Below, piece by piece: positions 15,977-24,804 of a DNA stretch of 26,563 nt. The position numbers and the translations under genes are program-made. Origin of the DNA: a virus (taxonomy: Duplodnaviria; Caudoviricetes). The notes beneath the pieces are model-generated. The model saw only the letters and a program-made list of their open reading frames with translations, made no database searches and was not told the origin of the DNA. The stretch covers positions 1-26,563 of the IMG/VR virus record IMGVR_UViG_3300030397_000412; one strand, written 5' to 3'. Each line of letters begins with the position of its first letter. Position 1 is the stretch's first letter.

Positions 15977-16500
15977 TTTTTTGTTTGTTTATAAGTTTTG
16001 CCTGTTTTGTGCCAGTATGCTAAATCTTCGGCTTCTTTGAGTTTTGCTTCGCCGTTTTCGTACATCTTCCGTGCTTCACGTTCTCGCTTCTCGATCTCTT
16101 TTTCAAGCTCTGAAAGCTCTTTAGTCTTGTCACGGACTTGACGGATGAGGTCGTTGTAAATCTTCTCTGTTTTAAAAATGCGCTTTTGTGCGTCTGCCAG
16201 CCTGTCCATTGCTGTGTCGGCAGATTTCAGGAGAGAAGACAAGCCCTTAAAGAAAAGATTGAGCGATTCTTCTACTTCTTTGCCTTTTTGGGCAACCTTA
16301 TCACTGACCGCATCAAGGTATGTGATTGATGAATCAATAGCCTTGTGCAGTTTTTTAAGGAGGGCTTGTGCTTCGTTGTGACGCTCGGCAAGCCAAGTGT
16401 CTTTTTCCTTTTGCAAGACCTCAAAATCAGCACGTGCTTTGTGGTAGCTTTCGATGGCTTTCACCGTCCTATTGTGCTGTTCTGTGTTTGGGTCTTGCAT
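15973..16500 (-). CDS. coiled-coil hypothetical protein
   Basis: 175 aa with heptad pattern; 4-nt overlap with the downstream gene. Confidence 0.7.
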   Translation of the reverse strand: MQDPNTEQHNRTVKAIESYHKARADFEVLQKEKDTWLAERHNEAQALLKKLHKAIDSSITYLDAVSDKVAQKGKEVEESLNLFFKGLSSLLKSADTAMDRLADAQKRIFKTEKIYNDLIRQVRDKTKELSELEKEIEKREREARKMYENGEAKLKEAEDLAYWHKTGKTYKQTKK

Positions 16501-16503
16501 ATA

Positions 16504-17082
16504 CTACTCCTGTGTGTTGTCTGTTGTGTCTCTTGCTTCGTGATCGGTAATGAGTTTCAAGAGTTCTTCGGGACTCTTGCGAGCATCAAACTTAATACCT
16601 AGCTTCTCTAGCTCTTTGACGATCTCCTTTTTGTCCACAGGTAGACCGTTGTTCATACGCTCAACCTTTGCACCCATCTCCTTTTGAATCTGCTCTGTTT
16701 TCTCTTTCATCACCTGTGCTTCGTTCTTCACTGGTGGCAGTGGCTGCTCCTCTTGGCGCTGGATGATCTCATCGGCAAGTTTATCAATTGCCTTGTCGTT
16801 GTAGATGCTTTTCTTCACATCTCGACCACTCTGCCGGTCTTTGTTTGGGTCTACGAGACCTTGTACCGCCGCTTGCTTCCGAGCAACTTTCATGGCCAAA
16901 TGTTTCGCCATCAAGATACCAACAGGTCGCACAAACGCTTCCACACGTCCTGCTTCTATGTAATAAGGTTCTCCAGCGTAGGTGTGCTGGAAGTCCTCAT
17001 CGTCTATGTTTTTAATGTACACGATGGAATTGTTAAGGCGCTCCATCTGACGCTCATAGCCTGACTGTTTTTTTGTAGGCAT
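16504..17082 (-). CDS. hypothetical protein with C-terminal HeH/LEM-like motif
   Basis: KKEIVKELEKLGIKFDARKSPEELLKLI. Confidence 0.7.
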   Translation of the reverse strand: MPTKKQSGYERQMERLNNSIVYIKNIDDEDFQHTYAGEPYYIEAGRVEAFVRPVGILMAKHLAMKVARKQAAVQGLVDPNKDRQSGRDVKKSIYNDKAIDKLADEIIQRQEEQPLPPVKNEAQVMKEKTEQIQKEMGAKVERMNNGLPVDKKEIVKELEKLGIKFDARKSPEELLKLITDHEARDTTDNTQE

Positions 17083-17089
17083 AACGCTA

Positions 17090-17207
17090 TTGCTAAAACT
17101 AATAAGCGATCCGGCTCTCTATACGAGAGAGCTTTCCGCAAACGCTCATTTTTGCGGTAGAGCTTCGGTAGCTCCAGTGGAGGTCTCAGATTGAGACCCC
17201 CTAGCAA
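17090..17207 (-). ncRNA. four-hairpin pseudoknotted RNA element
   Basis: Hairpins at 17201-17179, 17176-17158, 17157-17136 and 17132-17114; loop AAUGAGCG pairs with CGCUUAUU (17108-17101); closing stem UUGCUA/UAGCAA. Confidence 0.65.
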
Positions 17208-17903
17208 CTACAGAAGATTGACGTCAATCATTGCGCCCTCGTCTGCTGTACCGTTGGCGACAAGACAACGACCGAAAGTCGAAGCATCGTCAAAGGTTTC
17301 ACCAGAAGCGACAGTGATGACCTGGCCCTCAGTGTCGTCACCTGGTGTACAGAGTTCGTTTGCAACAAGTGCTGCTCCTGCAAGAACGGTTCCTACTCCT
17401 CGGCGGAGTGCCCAACCAAACTCGCCAGATGCAAATGCTACCTGTGCTACACCAACTGGTACTTGGTGAAGAACGGTAATAGCAGTCTTATCAGCAAGGA
17501 ATGGCGTAACGAGCACAATGTCAGAGTCAGATACGCTCAGTGCAGTAGTAAGCGCTGTCTCAGAAGTCAACTGCAAGGTGTCAGCAGTGTTAGTGCGAAC
17601 CTTGAAAAACTGACCTGATCCAGTTCCAGCGTCTACGAGTCCGTAGGCTCCTGCAAATTGTCCAGCAGTCCAACCAGCAGATGCTTGAGTAAGAAGTGTA
17701 ATCTTACCCTCGCCGTCTGTTGCTGATGCAATGGTATCTGCATCGACATTTGCAGCACGAGTGAGAGCGTGACCAAGCGAGATAGCCTCGTTAGCCTCGA
17801 TGTACACCCACTCACGGCCGTCAGGAGTCATAGCGACATCTCCTAGACCTGATGTTTTCACAGCAGTAGTCTGTAGAGTTTGTCCAAATGTAATTTCACG
17901 CAT
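17208..17903 (-). CDS. capsid cement/decoration protein
   Basis: Directly after the MCP; DGREWVYIEA and PVGVAQVAFASGEFGW motifs; A/T/G-rich. Confidence 0.65.
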   Translation of the reverse strand: MREITFGQTLQTTAVKTSGLGDVAMTPDGREWVYIEANEAISLGHALTRAANVDADTIASATDGEGKITLLTQASAGWTAGQFAGAYGLVDAGTGSGQFFKVRTNTADTLQLTSETALTTALSVSDSDIVLVTPFLADKTAITVLHQVPVGVAQVAFASGEFGWALRRGVGTVLAGAALVANELCTPGDDTEGQVITVASGETFDDASTFGRCLVANGTADEGAMIDVNLL

Positions 17904-17915
17904 AATGCTTTTGCT

Positions 17916-17982
17916 TTAGCTCCACTCCCCCCTCTGTCATCTGCCTAGAGTTTCCTCTAACGACAGAGCAGGGAGTGGCTAA
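17916..17982 (-). ncRNA. long bulged GAAA-tetraloop hairpin between MCP and cement genes
   Basis: UUAGC-CACUCCC-UG-CUCUGUCG-UUAGAG-GAAA-CUCUAG-GCAGA-UGACAGAG-GG-GGGAGUG-GA-GCUAA; no U-tract. Confidence 0.55.
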
Positions 17983-17994
17983 TGATGGGGAACT

Positions 17995-19038
17995 TTAACC
18001 TGTAATTCCCTCGACAGACCCCATCCGTCGTGGATCACGACCAACGAAGTTACCAATGAAATACAAGTGTCCGACCTGTGCTGGTTGGCCAGTTGATCGA
18101 AGCAATCCAGTCCAGTTAAAGCCACGTGGCACTGGGATAGATTGTGGGCCATCAATGTTGGCGTCAGAAACATTCACTGTTTCGTAGTCATCAATATCAA
18201 TACCCATGAAGTGGAAGTAGTTTTCGTTCAACCACTTCATTTCACCTGATGGAACTTTCTCATCTTCTACGACAGGTGTGCCACGGAAGAAGATAGAGTC
18301 AAATCCGAGTTCACCACCAAGTGCTCGGCGTGATTCAATCGTACCGGTACGGGTAACTTGTGGGAACCCGTTGGTTTGATAACCAGCCTGCACAACAGCA
18401 GTGAGAAGACCCTCGTATGCTGTCCAGCTTGTAACGTCAGCGAGACAAAGTGTTGGGCCTTGTGAGCCGATCTTCACAGCGTTGTGTGCTGCGGTAAGGT
18501 CAGCTCGTGCCAGCGTACCTACTCCTGTGGAGAGGTAACCATTGAGAGTGGTGTACGTTGCACGTGCCAAACCACCGTAGTTTGCGTGGTTTGTTGCGTC
18601 ATCCGCAGCGTTCTCGATCGAGTCAAACTCGTCTCCAGAACCGTTTGCGCCGTAGAGGTCAGTACCCATCTCGTCTAAGAGGTCTTCTGCAATAGAATCC
18701 ATCTCGGTTGCGAGCAACATGAGCACCTGCTCGTCACCTTTGTTGAGCTGGCTCTCAATGTCGTCAATCACCACTGGCTTGTGGCGACGCTTAGGATCGA
18801 ACTGCATCCTCTTTCGAGTATCAGCTCGTGTGGTGTCGAGACTGCCACCAAGACCAACGAGTCCACCACTGGAAGACTTTTGGTACTTGATAGGAACTTC
18901 AAAACGGTATCCCGTTCCCCACGGCTTTGCGTTGCCGAGAAGACGTAGAAGACCGATGTTTCCCTTTAAAACAGTGTCATACACCTTTGGTACAATCGCT
19001 TCACGAGTGATTGTAGTAACTGTATCAGTAAACTGCAT
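17995..19038 (-). CDS. major capsid protein (HK97 fold)
   Basis: 347 aa after the scaffold; IVPKVYDTV, YGGLARAT, GFDSIFFRGTPVVEDE and DPRRMG motifs. Confidence 0.85.
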   Translation of the reverse strand: MQFTDTVTTITREAIVPKVYDTVLKGNIGLLRLLGNAKPWGTGYRFEVPIKYQKSSSGGLVGLGGSLDTTRADTRKRMQFDPKRRHKPVVIDDIESQLNKGDEQVLMLLATEMDSIAEDLLDEMGTDLYGANGSGDEFDSIENAADDATNHANYGGLARATYTTLNGYLSTGVGTLARADLTAAHNAVKIGSQGPTLCLADVTSWTAYEGLLTAVVQAGYQTNGFPQVTRTGTIESRRALGGELGFDSIFFRGTPVVEDEKVPSGEMKWLNENYFHFMGIDIDDYETVNVSDANIDGPQSIPVPRGFNWTGLLRSTGQPAQVGHLYFIGNFVGRDPRRMGSVEGITG

Positions 19039-19065
19039 AGGCTAACAAAATATCAGTTGAGTAAA

Positions 19066-19926
19066 TTACTGTCTGCCTTTCAACATGTCATGCACAAGGT
19101 CACGTGATGAATGTGCGCCAGAGATTTTGCTGAAAGGTACAGATTGCTCTGACTTTCCACCTCCGGGTACGTTCACTGGAGCATTTCTGTCCTGCTTATT
19201 CTTGATCGCATTTTTGGTTGCAGTTACAGTCGCCTGTCGCTGCTCAAAGTATGCGGAGTAAACAGAGCGCAAATCCTGTACAGTTTTGACCGGAAAATTG
19301 TGAGTGGCAGCGTACGTAAAGAACGCTTTCTCGTCAAATTGTGGGTCAACTGACCTGATCTGATCCATCAATCCGTCCACTTGCTCTTTAGCTTGTTGCC
19401 GAGCTTCGGCAAGGTGCTTTTGCTCCTGCTGGATACCGAGACGTATCTGCTCAGCAGTATACTCTCGTTCCTCTTTCATTGCTTGCTGGAGTTCCTCAAG
19501 TGTCTGAGGGTTCCAACCCTCACGCATAGAGGGGGGGAGCTTGGAAGTGTCTTGGACTGGTGGGGCTTCATGCCCTGGACGTTGTGCTGGATGTTGTCCA
19601 GCACCGAGTGGGCCATACTGTTGTTTGTATTGCGCCAACTCGTTTTCTGCCGTACTGCGAGCATCTTGCTCTTTGTGCCAGTTCGACATCATTTCTCGGA
19701 CTCTCGTATCAGCGTCTGATGCTGCCGGTTGTTGGGTGTTTTCACCATCCGGCTGGTCATCTTGCTGACCTGTGCCATCCTGATTTTGGTCTGAGTCCGT
19801 ACCTGAACCAGGAGTATCTGCTTGATGAACCTGAGCGTCATCACCGTTTGACGAACCAGCTTGCTGCTGATTGTCCACAGTTTCTTGACCGCCCGGATTT
19901 TCAAGGCCTAAATCATTTGAGTTCAT
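19066..19926 (-). CDS. capsid scaffolding protein
   Basis: Disordered D/Q-rich N-terminus and coiled coils; lies between portal and MCP. Confidence 0.7.
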   Translation of the reverse strand: MNSNDLGLENPGGQETVDNQQQAGSSNGDDAQVHQADTPGSGTDSDQNQDGTGQQDDQPDGENTQQPAASDADTRVREMMSNWHKEQDARSTAENELAQYKQQYGPLGAGQHPAQRPGHEAPPVQDTSKLPPSMREGWNPQTLEELQQAMKEEREYTAEQIRLGIQQEQKHLAEARQQAKEQVDGLMDQIRSVDPQFDEKAFFTYAATHNFPVKTVQDLRSVYSAYFEQRQATVTATKNAIKNKQDRNAPVNVPGGGKSEQSVPFSKISGAHSSRDLVHDMLKGRQ

Positions 19927-19954
19927 AAGAACATCTATGGGATAACCAATAAAT

Positions 19955-19984
19955 AGAACTTGGGAGAACCTTGTAGAACTTAGG
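19955..19984. repeat. three tandem 10-nt imperfect repeats
   Basis: AGAACTTGGG / AGAACCTTGT / AGAACTTAGG. Confidence 0.7.
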
Positions 19985-20082
19985 CCAAACTGCCTTATGA
20001 AGCACTTGTCAGTAGGGTGTAGAGAGTAAGGATTGTGTGGTGTAGTGTGTACCTCGACAAGTACTTTAGAAGACAGTCTGAC
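19984..20082 (-). ncRNA. long stem presenting a 35-nt G-free loop (scaffold/MCP leader)
   Basis: GUCAGACUGUCUU/AAGGCAGUUUGGC, AAGUACUUGUC/GACAAGUGCUU and GGUA/UACU, with several G-U pairs; the loop at 20049-20015 has no G. Confidence 0.65.
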
Positions 20083-20083
20083 A

Positions 20084-20120
20084 CTATTCAGTTGTAAATG
20101 TGCTTACCAATACTATACCA
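20084..20120 (-). promoter_or_regulatory. extended -10 promoter candidate followed by a boxA-like motif
   Basis: TGgTATAGT (20120-20112), then GCACATTTACAACTGAATAG (20103-20084). Confidence 0.45.
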
Positions 20121-20370
20121 TATCGCTCGCTGCTCGCTTCATTTTTTGAAACTTGTCCACAGTGCCTGGACTTTCAGCTTTCACGATACGATAGTGATTT
20201 CTTGGGCCGCCAAACTCTTTCTCACTGTTACGAGACTGCTGCTCAAGAGTCAGGATGACGACATATTTTTTGCCATCTTCCCAATCCTTTTGAACTGGCA
20301 GCACACGATCTTCAAGAAAAATCTCCGGTGCTCGCTCGTCTGGTTCAAACTTTGACATTGCGTGTGGCAT
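20113..20370 (-). CDS. small hypothetical protein
   Basis: Operonic; KDWEDGKKYVVIL motif. Confidence 0.65.
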   Translation of the reverse strand: MPHAMSKFEPDERAPEIFLEDRVLPVQKDWEDGKKYVVILTLEQQSRNSEKEFGGPRNHYRIVKAESPGTVDKFQKMKRAASDMV

Positions 20371-20376
20371 ACGATT

Positions 20377-20592
20377 TTAGTTATACTTCTCGTCTTCTTC
20401 CTGAGTAAGTTTCTCAACTGTTGCCTGACCACTGATAGGACTGAGCCACGGCTTTTTTTTGTTGAGCTGGCTTTTTCGGAGCAATTCACCGTTTGAACGG
20501 TCAATGTGTGTAAACTTACCGGTAGCCTTTCTGCTGGCAGCTTTCTTCTTTGGAGAAGCCTTTGCCTTGCTTGATGTTTTTTTAGCTGGCAT
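20377..20592 (-). CDS. small K/A-rich basic protein
   Basis: MPAKKTSSKAKASPKKKAASRKA histone-H1-like N-terminus. Confidence 0.65.
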   Translation of the reverse strand: MPAKKTSSKAKASPKKKAASRKATGKFTHIDRSNGELLRKSQLNKKKPWLSPISGQATVEKLTQEEDEKYN

Positions 20593-20621
20593 GTTTAACG
20601 TGTTTAGATACTTTAGTAAAA

Positions 20622-22598
20622 CTAGGTTCGACCTCCAACTGACAACGCTTGTTGTTTCAATCTCTGAATCACACTCAATTGCTCCTCTTTAGGAAGCTGA
20701 GCGAACTCAGTGCTGGATACTATTTGTTGGATTCTCTGTAGAATCTGTGCCTGTCCTTGATCTGCACCACCATCCTCTGTTGGTGGAGCACCGCCGTCCT
20801 GTGGTGGCTGTTGTGGTTGCGCTGCTTGTGCCTTTATCTGTTCGAGCTTCACCATGAGCTGCATTGCCTTTACAAGACGCTCGGAATCATCCTCGTCAAT
20901 ATCAATCAGCGACAGTGGGTTTACTTCCTTGAGCGTAGCACGTTTTGCTATCTCTTGTGGGTTTTCGTATCCACCGGACATCTCAAGGTATGTCTCATTG
21001 TCGATGATTCCTGCCTTTACGTCCTCGCTGGCTTTTTCAGCCTTAAATACTTTGTCCTCAGGTAGCGTCTGTCCAGGCAAAATCTTCACCTCAATACCCT
21101 CCTGTAGATCATCTTGCATGAGTTCAATGGTTTCATCTGCTTGTGTAGCTCCGAGAGGTTTGACAAGGTGACTCTCTGTGTAGTGTACTTTCATCATCTG
21201 GAACCACCAGTTGTAGAGATCACGCCCCAAGTTATCAATCAGCGAACTCATCTCATCGAGTCGTGACAGGCTTTCTTCACGCAAAATCGCTCGTCCGGTT
21301 GCTGTTTCACCTTTGCCCTGTTCTCCTCGAAATGTGTCAGTTGTGCCGAAAATGGCATCAAGCTCACTTCGAGAGTCTTGCAGGTCTGTGAAGACCATCT
21401 CAGGTAGCGAGCTACCAAACTCACGCTTCACACCGTTTGATACACCGTGACCGTACACAAGTCCCTCAGGATCGTAGTGTGCTTTCTGTGCATCTGCACG
21501 GGACATGCTCACAATGGCGGTATCTACTTTGGTGATACCGTTCACAAAGTCTGCATTATCTGCAATTTGACGCTTTCGCTTGCTGATGTTGTGCTGTAGG
21601 GATGTAGTGATCTCAATAAGACTCGTTTCTCCTATAGGCTTGGACTCTACCTCAAGCACGGTGCCGAAAATGTATGGCTTTCGTACTGTATCAAAATGGT
21701 TAAAGAGATATTGCTCAAAAATAGGTGCGTCTGCTTCTTTTTCCTGTGCTTCTCGCTCCTCCTGTACCGATCTGATCTCTTGAAACTTCTGTCGTCTCCT
21801 TTGTCCGTTGACTCGTGGTACTTTTGTTTCAGGATCAATCTGCTCAAGGTCAGCAACTTCTTCAGGTGTGACCAGTAAACCCTTAAAGTCCCAGTGAGGA
21901 TTGCGCTGCTTCTTGAGTATCTTGTTTTTGAACTTCCAGAAGACACCATCACCAATCCATACCTCGTGATACTCAACTGTTGGGTTGTTTACCATTGCAT
22001 CACGCTTTGAGATACCTTGTGCGCTCAAAATGTCATTTTCCCTGTCTGGAAACTTCTCAATCATGTCCATGATGGTCTTATCGTCAATGATTTCAGCGAC
22101 AAACTCTGCCTGCTGCTCTTTTGTGGCGGTTTTGGTGAAGCGCACTTTGCGTGGATCAACAGCAACGACGTCCACATCGTCAATATCCATATTCCAAAAA
22201 GGTTTTAGTACGACCAAGCGAGAGAAATGCACAAATCGGAGACCTCGCTTGATCTCCTTTTTTACATTCCTGTCTCTGTAGTGTTCAATGAACACACTTT
22301 GTAGGTTCCTGGCAATTGTTTTTGCTTCATCACTACCGTTTGCTGGTGCGACCATAGGCTTGACAGGTCGTGCAGTAAGTTTGTTTATTTGTGACTCTGT
22401 TGCAAGGAAAATACGGTTATCCTGAGTCTTTGATCGTTTTCTTGGGATGGAAGCAAGCCAGTCAGGTTTACCCAGCCACTCCTTTTTGTTCTTCTTGTAT
22501 ATTTTTTCGATCTCTTCCCAAAGACTTGCTGAATCTTTCCAGCGATTATCAAAAATACTTACGAGTTCCTTGTCCTTGATTGTCATTACATTCAGCAT
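20622..22598 (-). CDS. portal protein (P22-like)
   Basis: 658 aa following TerL; VDPRKV, LQHNISKRKRQIADN and ETATGRAIL motifs; Q/P-rich tail. Confidence 0.85.
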   Translation of the reverse strand: MLNVMTIKDKELVSIFDNRWKDSASLWEEIEKIYKKNKKEWLGKPDWLASIPRKRSKTQDNRIFLATESQINKLTARPVKPMVAPANGSDEAKTIARNLQSVFIEHYRDRNVKKEIKRGLRFVHFSRLVVLKPFWNMDIDDVDVVAVDPRKVRFTKTATKEQQAEFVAEIIDDKTIMDMIEKFPDRENDILSAQGISKRDAMVNNPTVEYHEVWIGDGVFWKFKNKILKKQRNPHWDFKGLLVTPEEVADLEQIDPETKVPRVNGQRRRQKFQEIRSVQEEREAQEKEADAPIFEQYLFNHFDTVRKPYIFGTVLEVESKPIGETSLIEITTSLQHNISKRKRQIADNADFVNGITKVDTAIVSMSRADAQKAHYDPEGLVYGHGVSNGVKREFGSSLPEMVFTDLQDSRSELDAIFGTTDTFRGEQGKGETATGRAILREESLSRLDEMSSLIDNLGRDLYNWWFQMMKVHYTESHLVKPLGATQADETIELMQDDLQEGIEVKILPGQTLPEDKVFKAEKASEDVKAGIIDNETYLEMSGGYENPQEIAKRATLKEVNPLSLIDIDEDDSERLVKAMQLMVKLEQIKAQAAQPQQPPQDGGAPPTEDGGADQGQAQILQRIQQIVSSTEFAQLPKEEQLSVIQRLKQQALSVGGRT

Positions 22599-22641
22599 AC
22601 TTTTGTATAATACATCATTTTAATCTTGTAAAGTGATAAAG

Positions 22642-24267
22642 TTATTCACATGACATGTTGCGCTCCTCAAAATAGTCTTCCAAAGATCGCATCTTGAAAC
22701 CGCCCTCTGGGGTTGCCTGTACAAACTCCTTTTTTTCTTCCGTTTCTTTTGATGAAATGTGCTCTGCTGGAGTGCCCATAGACCGAGCTATGTAGTAGTA
22801 CACTGTCGCATGACACCAGTGATCCTGAGCGTGTTGGCTATTTTTGTTCCATGAAAACTTTGGTAGTCCGGTGCGATTGTCGATCTCTTTGGTCTTCACC
22901 ATGACTTCCCAGTGCCGTATGTACGCTTCAAGGTCTTTTGGGTCAAGGGAGAACTGAATACTTGCTCGTATTATAGCATTTACTGTGGCATCTATCACCC
23001 TGTAGCGCTCTGATGATACTGTTCCCAGTTTGTCGTTCTCACCCCAGTGTATGAAATCTCTCTTGTCGGTGTCATTTCGGTAGCTGTTTGCGTAAAACTT
23101 TGGGTATTTCTTGCGAAACTCTCCTGCCCATGTTCTTTCCGGCCCTGCGTCCATCACAACAGTAGGGTTCCAGTGCTCAATCAGCAGCTCTACCTCCTCA
23201 CGGGTTTTTACCTTGCCAATGGTGTGAATACCGTCAAGATTGCCAACGACAAAATGCTTGATGTTTCCAATGTCTATACCCATGAAGTGTGGGCCAGCTT
23301 TCCTGAGGTCTTTTGGTGTCCAAGCGTCTGTGATGTACTGGCGAAAGTCCTCTGCATCCCCTGTTCCTACGGCTTCACCGAGCACAAAGTTGTAGAAGTA
23401 GTCCTCGTCAGTTTGTGCTTCTTCAATCAACAGCTCTTTTGCACTGATCCAGGAAGCCATCATTTGCGAGATATGGTAGCCACTGATGTCGCTATCCTCT
23501 CCTGTCTGAATCCACCTGCCTAGCCTGCGTGTGATGTCATCAAGCTCGTGACCACAGTGCATGCAGACGTACATTTGGGCCTGCCTGTCTACGTTCTTGT
23601 TCCAGTCCATGATCTGCTCTTTTTGGCACGATGAGTTGGGACACTTCACCGCCCACTCTTTTTTGTCCGAGAGTTTGTACGTCAGGTCAACACCGACATT
23701 CTTGGTGCTCGGGTTGGAAAGCTCCCAAATGCCCTTGTACTCTGATTTCTTGATACGTGATCGGTAGTCTTCGATTATGGTATTGTCCGACCGGTCTTTC
23801 TCATCATGAATAAGCAAGTCAGCAGTGGTCATAATAGGTGCAGTCTTTGAGCGTGTGCCTTTAAAGTGCCAGTCTGCACCCCACATATCTTTCAGAAAGG
23901 TAGTGTTTTTGTCCTTGTTCAAACCCTCCCTGATAGCTGGATTGTTTACGATGATCTTGTCAGTTTTGGTAGGTACAAACTCAATGATGTCTCGGTCAGA
24001 GGGCAGTGTGTAGATGATGTTCAGGCCCATAGTCTTCAAGACGTAGGGACATTTAATGTTCATCATCACAGAAACACCTACCTGTGAGCATTTCTTGTAC
24101 ACCTGCAATGGAGAGAAGTCAGCGTATGGCTCAAACAAGAAAAGGTGATCCTGAAAGGTAAGCGGTTGCATCCTCTCAGTCACGAGATTGTTTTCGTGTA
24201 TCCAGTGGTGGATGCCAAACTCAGGATTGCTTGGAGAGGTTTGTTGTGTTGGGTTTTGAAAAGTCAT
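22642..24267 (-). CDS. terL: terminase large subunit (GpA-like)
   Basis: Walker A variant KCSQVGVS, Walker B LLIHDE, SNP coupling motif, CxxxxC/CxxC Zn finger, nuclease MGIDIG, VMDAG and DHW. Confidence 0.9.
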   Translation of the reverse strand: MTFQNPTQQTSPSNPEFGIHHWIHENNLVTERMQPLTFQDHLFLFEPYADFSPLQVYKKCSQVGVSVMMNIKCPYVLKTMGLNIIYTLPSDRDIIEFVPTKTDKIIVNNPAIREGLNKDKNTTFLKDMWGADWHFKGTRSKTAPIMTTADLLIHDEKDRSDNTIIEDYRSRIKKSEYKGIWELSNPSTKNVGVDLTYKLSDKKEWAVKCPNSSCQKEQIMDWNKNVDRQAQMYVCMHCGHELDDITRRLGRWIQTGEDSDISGYHISQMMASWISAKELLIEEAQTDEDYFYNFVLGEAVGTGDAEDFRQYITDAWTPKDLRKAGPHFMGIDIGNIKHFVVGNLDGIHTIGKVKTREEVELLIEHWNPTVVMDAGPERTWAGEFRKKYPKFYANSYRNDTDKRDFIHWGENDKLGTVSSERYRVIDATVNAIIRASIQFSLDPKDLEAYIRHWEVMVKTKEIDNRTGLPKFSWNKNSQHAQDHWCHATVYYYIARSMGTPAEHISSKETEEKKEFVQATPEGGFKMRSLEDYFEERNMSCE

Positions 24268-24270
24268 GGT

Positions 24271-24804
24271 CTATTCCATGAGAGCCTCACGTGCATGCTC
24301 TTCTTCTGTTTTCTGTTTCAGTGTCTTACCATGCAAGCCCAGTGCAGCATACTTGTTGTGCATATCCTCCTCTCGCTGTTGAAATCGTTTGTACAGTGCT
24401 TCGTATGGATCGCCATACATGGTGCGGAATCCGTACTGACTTGGTTGTAGAAAGTCTTTTACTTCTTTTGATGCCATGTACTTCACTTTGAGAGACTGTT
24501 GGTAGTAGGGATCGAGCTTTTTGCTGCTGATGTACCGGTAGACGAGTTGTTCACACTGAGGGCAAAAGCTGTGCCAGCAGCCAGTGTCGTAGTATTCAGT
24601 CCACACTTTGTACGCAGGAGCAACAAAGTCTATCTGACACCGGTTACACCAGAAATCATGCTTGCTCTGCTCTGGTAGCTTATCAAAGGCTCGTTTTTCT
24701 TTCCGTGCAGCTTTGTCTCTCTCTTTGAGTTTCCTGCTCTTTTTCAGGTCGCCTTGATAGTCCTCAACGCTCTTTTTGATCCTCTGCTCGTAAGTTCCTG
24801 GCAT
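24271..24804 (-). CDS. zinc-ribbon protein
   Basis: CNRC and CPQC pairs flanked by basic helices; an alternative TTG start exists at 24825. Confidence 0.7.
   Translation of the reverse strand: MPGTYEQRIKKSVEDYQGDLKKSRKLKERDKAARKEKRAFDKLPEQSKHDFWCNRCQIDFVAPAYKVWTEYYDTGCWHSFCPQCEQLVYRYISSKKLDPYYQQSLKVKYMASKEVKDFLQPSQYGFRTMYGDPYEALYKRFQQREEDMHNKYAALGLHGKTLKQKTEEEHAREALME

Noticed and set aside
17903-18000. Frameshift or read-through fusion of MCP to the cement protein
   Set aside because: The cement frame is closed by TAG at 17979-17981, read-through ends out of frame, and no slippery heptamer is seen.
19955-19984. CRISPR mini-array
   Set aside because: Units are 10 nt, contiguous and without spacers; no cas genes.
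22599-22641. Promoter before the portal gene (TTTACA-N17-TATACA)
   Set aside because: Plausible, but a weak match in an AT-rich gap and not enough to call.
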